The notes under the pieces are model-generated. The model saw only the letters and a program-made list of their open reading frames with translations. It ran no database searches and was not told the DNA's origin. From assembly GCA_038740615.1 (NCBI GenBank), contig JAVYLQ010000016.1, positions 1 to 12,714 of the forward strand: a stretch of 12,714 bases of DNA, written 5' to 3'. The DNA is from Candidatus Anstonellales archaeon (GTDB taxonomy: Archaea; Micrarchaeota; Micrarchaeia; Anstonellales; J096). The position numbers and the translations under genes are program-made. Every line of letters begins with the position of its first letter. The first letter of the stretch is position 1. This document shows positions 6,987 to 12,714 of the stretch, piece by piece.

Positions 6987-7112
6987 TACACCTATAGCTA
7001 TAAGAGCTGTGTTTACATCTATTTTGTATCCGCTCAGTTCTTCTGCTATGGAGAACTGTAGAAATCCTGCTGAAGTTGGCATCTGGAACTGTCTCTTTTG
7101 CATTCCTCTCAT
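6945..7112 (-). CDS. Preprotein translocase subunit Sec61-beta (archaeal SecG), 55 aa; absent from the ORF track
   Basis: Manual translation gives MRGMQKRQFQMPTSAGFLQFSIAEELSGYKIDVNTALIAIGVLIVLIKVLAIILQ*. This fits the archaeal Sec61-beta pattern: basic N-terminus, SAG-hydrophobic-F..EE...KI(D/S), single C-terminal TM helix. It starts 1 nt after the upstream stop. Confidence 0.85.
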   Translation of the reverse strand: MRGMQKRQFQMPTSAGFLQFSIAEELSGYKIDVNTALIAIGVLIVLIKVLAIILQ

Positions 7113-7113
7113 A

Positions 7114-7611
7114 TTAGCCTACTCTACCTGTCAGGAATAGTCTTACAGTTCTGTTACTAACTATATCGTCTGTGAATCTATAGACTATTTCAAAGGTACC
7201 ATCAAATCCTGCGCCCGCGGAGAATTGGATAGGCATGTTATTCTGATCTACACATGGAATGTTGGTTATATCCCCTGAACCTTGAGATCTAACTATAGGA
7301 GTACCTGATATTGATACATATCTCAACCCGCTAGGTGCCTGTTTACCTGAATAGCATGCCGCAGACAATACTTGAATATCTCTCTGATTTCCATTCAATA
7401 ACCTCACTGAAGCAACTAGATTATTGCCTGTAGAATTTTTAGTTAGGGCAAATATGTTATCAGCACATACTATGAGAGGGTTATCTGATGTACACTTTGG
7501 AGTATAAGATGTCTCTGTAAACATTCTTAATACCTGTCCCACTACTATTATCAGAAGTACTAATGCTATAGCGAATATTACCAGATACTCTATACCTATC
7601 TGACCTTTCAT
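7114..7611 (-). CDS. Class III signal peptide (type IV pilin-like) protein
   Basis: MKG|QIGIEYL followed by a long hydrophobic helix (K-G cleavage, Q+1, E+5), then a beta-rich globular domain with 4 Cys. Confidence 0.85.
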   Translation of the reverse strand: MKGQIGIEYLVIFAIALVLLIIVVGQVLRMFTETSYTPKCTSDNPLIVCADNIFALTKNSTGNNLVASVRLLNGNQRDIQVLSAACYSGKQAPSGLRYVSISGTPIVRSQGSGDITNIPCVDQNNMPIQFSAGAGFDGTFEIVYRFTDDIVSNRTVRLFLTGRVG

Positions 7612-7627
7612 AAATAAATATCATCCA

Positions 7628-7646
7628 ATATGTATTTAAAACATAT
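7628..7646. promoter_or_regulatory. Putative shared TATA box flanked by an inverted repeat
   Basis: ATATGT-ATTTAAA-ACATAT centred in the 50-bp spacer between the divergent ATGs at 7611 and 7662. Confidence 0.55.
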
Positions 7647-7661
7647 GGTATAACTATTCTT

Positions 7662-8264
7662 ATGGATGTTTTAGATATTATAAGACACAGGTATGCTGCT
7701 AAAGAATTCAATTCTGAGAAAGTTGATGATAATAAGATAAATTATATTCTAGAATCTATAAGATTAGCTCCTTCATCATATAATTTACAACCATGGAGTA
7801 TTATAGTAGTATCTGATCAGAAAATCAAGGAACAACTATATGAATATAGCTATAGACAGAAGCAGATCATTACTGCTTCAGATATATTTGTGTTTCTAAC
7901 TGATCTGAATATAGATAGGATATTAAACGAACTGAAAGCAGCTAGGTTGGATTATGGTGATAATCCTAATAGAGTTGATCAATACATATCTAAACTTAGA
8001 ACAGAACTCAGTACAAAGAGCAGAGAGCAGCTTAGATCGTATCTAGAGCATCAGACATATATAGCTCTGGGATTTGCCATGTTAGCTGCAGAAAGCTTGG
8101 GGATTGCAAGTTGCCCTATGGGCGGATTTGAAGAAAGAGGATACAAAACAGTCTTGGGAATAGATGAGGATTATGCTATAACTGTACTGCTGGCTATCGG
8201 ATATGTTACAGAGAGGAGAGATAGAAAAATAAGAAAACAGAAAGTGTTGTTAAGAAGAGTATAG
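7662..8264 (+). CDS. Nitroreductase family FMN-dependent NAD(P)H oxidoreductase (NfsB-like)
   Basis: RHRYAAKEF, RLAPSSYNLQPW, LAAESLGIASCPMGGF and LLAIGY motifs. Confidence 0.93.
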   Translation: MDVLDIIRHRYAAKEFNSEKVDDNKINYILESIRLAPSSYNLQPWSIIVVSDQKIKEQLYEYSYRQKQIITASDIFVFLTDLNIDRILNELKAARLDYGDNPNRVDQYISKLRTELSTKSREQLRSYLEHQTYIALGFAMLAAESLGIASCPMGGFEERGYKTVLGIDEDYAITVLLAIGYVTERRDRKIRKQKVLLRRV

Positions 8265-9215
8265 GAGCGTTAACATCTGGTTGAATTGTGCATATGGGTA
8301 GGCTCCACTAAAGAATATTCCATAATACTGAGCATTCTCTCTAACCTGTCCCTGTACTACAGTTGCAGCCTGTCTTACTCTATCTAATGTAGTTAGTTCT
8401 TTAGAAATTATCACTAGGAAAGATGGCGTTCCCGATACCCCTTGATTCATACTCTCTATAGTATCTTTCTGAACTTTGAGTGCTGCTTCCTGGCTGTTAT
8501 AGCATCTCTTAAACTCCTCTAAATCCAATCCCAACTCTTCTGCCAACTTTGAATATCCCTCCTCATTGTTCTGAATAGTCTGAATGTTTTGGAATAGCTT
8601 ATCGTGATACTCCCAGAACATACCTTGCTTCTGAGCACAATAGCTTGCTCTTGCTGCTGGTTCAGCTTTTGGATGGAAATTTAATGGAAAATGGACGTAG
8701 TAGAATCTTATCTTACCCGTGTCTATCCAATTCTGCATAAGCTGTGGCATAGTAGTGTCTGCAAATCTCTTACAGAAAGGACATTCAAAATCGCTGAATT
8801 CTATTATTATAATTGGGGCATTCTGACTACCTTTCATAGGCACATCGCTAAGATCAGGAATAGACAGAGATTGACCTACTGTAGGTTGCTGGAGATTGTT
8901 GAGCTGTAATCTCAACTCATCTACCCTTTCCATACCAAACATGATATACTTCAGATCCTTTGTGAAATATACGGGGAAATCTACTGATTGACCTCCTATA
9001 TTTGCTGATAGATTCACTTTAAGAACATCAGATACTATCTCGTAGTTCTTTATGTTTATAATAATAGCGTCTTTAGATAATTGTGTTTGAGCTGCAATCA
9101 CAGATTTTACTATATCAACAATCTCTTGCTTCTGCTGATCTGTGAGTTCATAACTGCTCTGTCCTATACATCCTAACAATACTAAAAACCCTAATATAGC
9201 AATATATCTGTACAT
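8250..9215 (-). CDS. DsbA-family thiol-disulfide oxidoreductase lipoprotein
   Basis: Lipobox-like LLGC, an extra ~100-aa N-terminal domain, then EFSDFECPFC, HFPLNFH, FWEYHDKLF, cis-Pro loop GVSGTPSF and GAYPY. Confidence 0.93.
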   Translation of the reverse strand: MYRYIAILGFLVLLGCIGQSSYELTDQQKQEIVDIVKSVIAAQTQLSKDAIIINIKNYEIVSDVLKVNLSANIGGQSVDFPVYFTKDLKYIMFGMERVDELRLQLNNLQQPTVGQSLSIPDLSDVPMKGSQNAPIIIIEFSDFECPFCKRFADTTMPQLMQNWIDTGKIRFYYVHFPLNFHPKAEPAARASYCAQKQGMFWEYHDKLFQNIQTIQNNEEGYSKLAEELGLDLEEFKRCYNSQEAALKVQKDTIESMNQGVSGTPSFLVIISKELTTLDRVRQAATVVQGQVRENAQYYGIFFSGAYPYAQFNQMLTLLYSS

Positions 9216-9236
9216 GCTTAACTATAGCTTACATCA

Positions 9237-9246
9237 TATTTAAAAA
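9237..9246. promoter_or_regulatory. Putative shared TATA box for divergent dsbA-like gene and tRNA-Glu
   Basis: TATTTAAAAA lies 21 nt from the minus-strand ATG (9215) and 24 nt from the tRNA 5' end (9271). Confidence 0.55.
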
Positions 9247-9270
9247 TCTTATAGGTCTATAAAAAATATA

Positions 9271-9343
9271 GCTCCGATCGTCTAGTGGTCCAGGATGCTG
9301 GCCTTTCAAGCCAGCGACCCGGGTTCGAATCCCGGTCGGAGCA
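9271..9343 (+). tRNA. tRNA-Glu(TTC), no intron
   Basis: GCTCCGA/TCGGAGC-A acceptor stem, CTGGC-CT-TTC-AA-GCCAG anticodon arm and CCGGG-TTCGAAT-CCCGG T arm. CCA is not encoded. Confidence 0.97.
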
Positions 9344-9375
9344 TCCTTAAGCTTTCTAGTCTATGCATACGATGT

Positions 9376-9588
9376 TTATCTACACACTCCTCTTATACAC
9401 CTTCCAGTTTCACAATCACTATCATCTATACAAGCCTGTTCTATTTTTGATATTATTCTATTACTTTTCTCCTCTATCTTCTCTGTAGCATTCTGAGTTG
9501 TTGATAGTATCATAGATCCAACTATCATTACAGCTGCTAGGATTAGTACGATTAGAATTATCATTTCCAAAGACACAGCTCCTAGCAT
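9376..9588 (-). CDS. Small pilin-like membrane protein with a C-terminal 4-Cys module
   Basis: MLG|AVSLE followed by a hydrophobic helix (E at +5), an amphipathic helix, and CIDDSDCETGRCIRGVC. A TTAAAAATA box lies about 20 nt upstream. Confidence 0.75.
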   Translation of the reverse strand: MLGAVSLEMIILIVLILAAVMIVGSMILSTTQNATEKIEEKSNRIISKIEQACIDDSDCETGRCIRGVCR

Positions 9589-9689
9589 AAACTAATAACA
9601 TTAAATCTATTTTTAAGCCTATGGTTTACTGTTTTCGTATCAAAATCTCCATAAATTATGTTATCGATATAGCTAGGAAGATATAATCA

Positions 9690-9698
9690 TTATTAAAA
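9690..9698 (+). promoter_or_regulatory. Putative TATA box for nrdJ
   Basis: TTATTAAAA ends 22 nt upstream of ATG 9721, the same spacing as the other promoters here. Confidence 0.45.
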
Positions 9699-9720
9699 GG
9701 TTTTTCTATGGAATAGTTGC

Positions 9721-12369
9721 ATGAACAGTGTTCTAGCACTGAGTAGCTTGCTCAGCACAGGATTATCAAAACTGGCAAAGAGAGTACCTCAAGAGCTACT
9801 GAATGATTATCTGAAGCTCCTAAACATCCTATATAATATCCCAAATCAATACAACTATGATCCTTCACTGAATGATCTGGCGTTAACTATTATGAAGGGG
9901 AAATACTATCTCAGAGACGAGAAAGGAGGATTTCTGGAGCATCATCCTGAAGATGTCTATAGGAGAGTGGCCGCGTTCATAGCTGCAATAGACAATTCTG
10001 ATGCTAAGCACGAACTTGCAATTAGATTTTTTGAGTTAATGCGAAAGGGTTATTTTATACCTGGTGGGAGGGTATTGGCAGGAGCCGGGGATCTATACAG
10101 ATTGAAAACTCTGGCAAATTGTTTTGTATCAATTATTCAAGATGATAGTATAGAAAGTATTTATAGAGCGGCCTATGAAGCTGCAAGAACATATAGTTAT
10201 GGAGGTGGTATAGGTATTGATATATCTGTTCTGAGACCGGCTGGGGCAGTAGTTCACAATGCAAGTAATACTTCTACTGGAGCTGTATCTTTTATGCAAT
10301 TGTATTCACTTACCACAGGTCTAATAGGTCAAGAGGGTAGAAGAGGCGCTCTAATGCTTACAATACATGTCAAACATCCTGATATTATGAATTTTATACT
10401 GGCAAAGAGTTTTCCAAATTATGATTCTAAAATGGCGGCAGATCTGATACGTAATGATCTCGGATTAGATGAGATTGCATACAGCAAAGTTCTTAAGAGA
10501 ATCATAGAGAACTTTCAGGTTAGATATGCGAACATAAGCATTAAATTCACAGATGAATTCTTCAGTGCTCTAAATGAACAGAATGAGTATGATGGTAAAA
10601 TAGTGGTTTATAGAGTGAGAAATTATTCGCAAGATGAATATGAGCAAGATTATGAAACAATTCATTACAGTTACGATATCCCTAGCAAAGATATTTCAAA
10701 ATATGAATTCGTTGGAGCATATGATAGCATATCAGAATTGAATTCTAGTTTAAATCTAGATGTGAGACAGCAAGATTTGGAAGATGTGTGGAACAGAGAT
10801 ATATATGGCGATTATATAGTGCGAAAGGGAGAGGAGACATTTGCAATAAGATATGCTGGAGATTTTCTAACAATTTTCAGAAACAGAGAGGCTGGTGAAA
10901 TCAGGAGAATGTACAAAGCTAGAGATATATGGAATGCATTTGTTATTGGTAACTATAACTTTGCCGAGCCAGGTTTAATATTCTGGAGTAAGATGACTAA
11001 GTATAGTAACAGTAATTATGTTGGTAGACCTATCATAGGAACAAATCCTTGCAGTGAGGTGCCTCTAGAGGATGGGGGAGCATGTAATCTTGGGAGTATA
11101 AATCTTGTTAGATTTGTGAAGAATCCTTTCCAGACTAATGCATATATAGATTATGCACTGTTAGATGAAGTACTGAGAGATGTTGTAAGATTCATGGATA
11201 ATGTTGTAGAGTGGAATATAATACTACATCCTCTTGAAAAGCAAAGAGAAGCAAGTAGAGCGACTAGGAGAGTGGGTATCGGTGTTATGGGCATAGCAGA
11301 TATGTTTTTAGCAATGAATATCGCTTATGATAGTGATCAAGCCCTACAGCTACTTGAGGAGGTTATGTCTTTTATAGCTAATAGAGCATATTTCTGGTCT
11401 GCAGAGTTGGCAAAGGAGCGGGGAAGTTTTCCAGCTCTTAAGAATATAGATCAGATTTTTAGGTCTCCATTTATACAGGAGGCTATAGATAAAAAAGTTC
11501 AGGAGCATATAAGAAAGAATGGTCTAAGAAATGTTGCTCTATTAAGTATTGCTCCCACTGGTAGTATTAGTAATATTGTGATCAGCTTTGAAGGTGCTAC
11601 TCGTGATGACGGGATGATACAAGTATATACAGGGGTATCTGGAGGGATTGAACCTATTTTCAGTCTATTCTACACTAGATATTCTGAAAATCTCAAGAGA
11701 ACTTTCTATGTATTTCACTCAACTGTGAGGTACTGGTTAGATGCTAGAGGAATAGATGTGAACTCGATTGATAATGAAAAATCGATTGACGAATTGCTAC
11801 CAGAGCATTTCAAGAGAACTGCGCATAAGATAGACTGGAAGATGAGAATAAAAGTTCAGGGAGTGGCTCAGAAATATGTCGATCATAGCATAAGTTCAAC
11901 TATAAATTTGCCCGAAGATGTTGACCCTGAGAAGATATCTGAACTTTATGTAGAAGCCTGGAGAAACGGACTCAAAGGGATAACGATATACAGAGAAGGG
12001 AGTAGATTTGCCATACTTAATACTGGAAATAGGAGTGAAAATCTGGAAAAATTTAAGAATAGAAAATACAGAGTGATAACAAAAGATGGTGTGAAGGAGG
12101 TTGCAGGATTGGAGGTGTTTATAGGTAAAGACAACCGATTATATACCCCATATCATGCTCAGCTAAAAGGAGCAGATGTATTTCTAGACAATATTAGCAA
12201 TTTCCTTTTCAAAAGTGATAATGGAGTTGCAAGATCGAACACAAAACAGAAGTCAGATTGGGATAATGAGAATTTGGCAAAATGTCCTAATTGTGGAGAA
12301 CATGCCCTAAGGATAGAGAATGGGTGTCATACCTGTTTGAATTGTGGGTATAGTAAGTGTGATATGTGA
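9721..12369 (+). CDS. nrdJ: Adenosylcobalamin-dependent (class II) ribonucleotide reductase
   Basis: PGGRVL, LANCFV (C134), GGGIG, GRRGA, HPDI, AEPG, TNPCSE (N442/C444/E446), ACNLGSINL (C455), IAPTGSIS, SISSTIN and GLKGITIYREGSR. The C-terminal CPNC...CHTCLNCGYSKC is typical of NrdJ, and the class I YY pair is absent. Confidence 0.96.
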   Translation: MNSVLALSSLLSTGLSKLAKRVPQELLNDYLKLLNILYNIPNQYNYDPSLNDLALTIMKGKYYLRDEKGGFLEHHPEDVYRRVAAFIAAIDNSDAKHELAIRFFELMRKGYFIPGGRVLAGAGDLYRLKTLANCFVSIIQDDSIESIYRAAYEAARTYSYGGGIGIDISVLRPAGAVVHNASNTSTGAVSFMQLYSLTTGLIGQEGRRGALMLTIHVKHPDIMNFILAKSFPNYDSKMAADLIRNDLGLDEIAYSKVLKRIIENFQVRYANISIKFTDEFFSALNEQNEYDGKIVVYRVRNYSQDEYEQDYETIHYSYDIPSKDISKYEFVGAYDSISELNSSLNLDVRQQDLEDVWNRDIYGDYIVRKGEETFAIRYAGDFLTIFRNREAGEIRRMYKARDIWNAFVIGNYNFAEPGLIFWSKMTKYSNSNYVGRPIIGTNPCSEVPLEDGGACNLGSINLVRFVKNPFQTNAYIDYALLDEVLRDVVRFMDNVVEWNIILHPLEKQREASRATRRVGIGVMGIADMFLAMNIAYDSDQALQLLEEVMSFIANRAYFWSAELAKERGSFPALKNIDQIFRSPFIQEAIDKKVQEHIRKNGLRNVALLSIAPTGSISNIVISFEGATRDDGMIQVYTGVSGGIEPIFSLFYTRYSENLKRTFYVFHSTVRYWLDARGIDVNSIDNEKSIDELLPEHFKRTAHKIDWKMRIKVQGVAQKYVDHSISSTINLPEDVDPEKISELYVEAWRNGLKGITIYREGSRFAILNTGNRSENLEKFKNRKYRVITKDGVKEVAGLEVFIGKDNRLYTPYHAQLKGADVFLDNISNFLFKSDNGVARSNTKQKSDWDNENLAKCPNCGEHALRIENGCHTCLNCGYSKCDM

Positions 12370-12371
12370 AT

Positions 12372-12714
12372 ATGATGATCAATCGAAAGGATCTAATCCA
12401 AATAAACGAGCATATGATGAAACATCTAGATCATAAGACTATTCAAGAGGGTTATGGAAAATTTAAAGAGAGATATGAATATTTATTAAAGAATTTCTCC
12501 CCAGATATCACTAGATTAGAGGAGTTGTGGAGAGATATAAAGAGAATTCAGGAGCATAGAAAGTATTATATAGCATTGGAGTTTGAAGTTTCTTCCGATA
12601 ATAATCTCAGGATGATGTTAGAATTCCATAATAGATATACAAGAAAATTACTCATCAAATTCTATCCAGATAGAGGAAAGGAGTTTGTAGAGAATGAATT
12701 GAGAGAATATAGAG
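12372..12714 (+). CDS. 3'-truncated hypothetical protein; absent from the ORF track
   Basis: The ATG is 2 nt after the nrdJ stop and the frame stays open for 114 codons to the window end (MMINRKDLIQINEHMMKHLDHKTIQEGYGKFKERYEYLLKNF...). It is charged and helical with no motif I recognise. Confidence 0.75.
   Translation, partial: MMINRKDLIQINEHMMKHLDHKTIQEGYGKFKERYEYLLKNFSPDITRLEELWRDIKRIQEHRKYYIALEFEVSSDNNLRMMLEFHNRYTRKLLIKFYPDRGKEFVENELREYR

Noticed and set aside
7481..7711. 76-aa minus-strand ORF
   Set aside because: It overlaps the pilin gene in another frame, the promoter spacer and the nitroreductase start.
8691..8909. 72-aa plus-strand ORF
   Set aside because: It is antisense to the DsbA active-site region.
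8250..9215. DsbA-like protein as the electron donor for NrdJ
   Set aside because: It has a lipoprotein signal and would be extracytoplasmic, whereas RNR is cytoplasmic.
9589..9720. Cobalamin riboswitch or NrdR box upstream of nrdJ; short palindromes CATAA-A-TTATG and TATCGATA
   Set aside because: The spacer is AT-rich with no riboswitch core or NrdR consensus, and the palindromes are too short to distinguish from chance.
10579..10857. Intein in NrdJ
   Set aside because: There is no Cys/Ser start paired with a His-Asn plus Cys/Ser/Thr end, and the catalytic motifs are uninterrupted.
11946..12134. 62-aa minus-strand ORF
   Set aside because: It is an antisense shadow of nrdJ.

Overview
This is a gene-dense, AT-rich archaeal chromosome segment. 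The compact genes, apparently leaderless starts and KGQ-type pilins suggest a DPANN lineage, possibly Micrarchaeota-like (inference only). Left to right: the 3' end of a membrane-anchored surface protein; a minus-strand run rpl21e-rpoF(rpo4)-DUF655-aMBF1-FEN1-GT4 glycosyltransferase followed by an intron-containing tRNA-Leu(CAA); a divergent tbp-lipoprotein-hisS unit; a pilin-like gene followed by a Sec61-beta gene missing from the ORF track; a nitroreductase; a DsbA-family lipoprotein; tRNA-Glu(TTC); a small Cys-rich pilin-like gene; a class II (B12-dependent) ribonucleotide reductase with large insertions; and a truncated unknown ORF. I found no mobile element, CRISPR array or defence system. 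The most notable signals are (i) three divergent gene pairs that each have one centred TTTAAAA box in a 50-55 bp spacer, (ii) a perfect 28-nt repeat between the two halves of tbp, (iii) a FEN1 with about 19 aa missing from the arch/cap region, (iv) a 14-nt tRNA intron with an imperfect BHB motif, and (v) a cluster of even-Cys exported proteins with DsbA and Sec61-beta. All family calls come from motif recognition by eye, not database searches.
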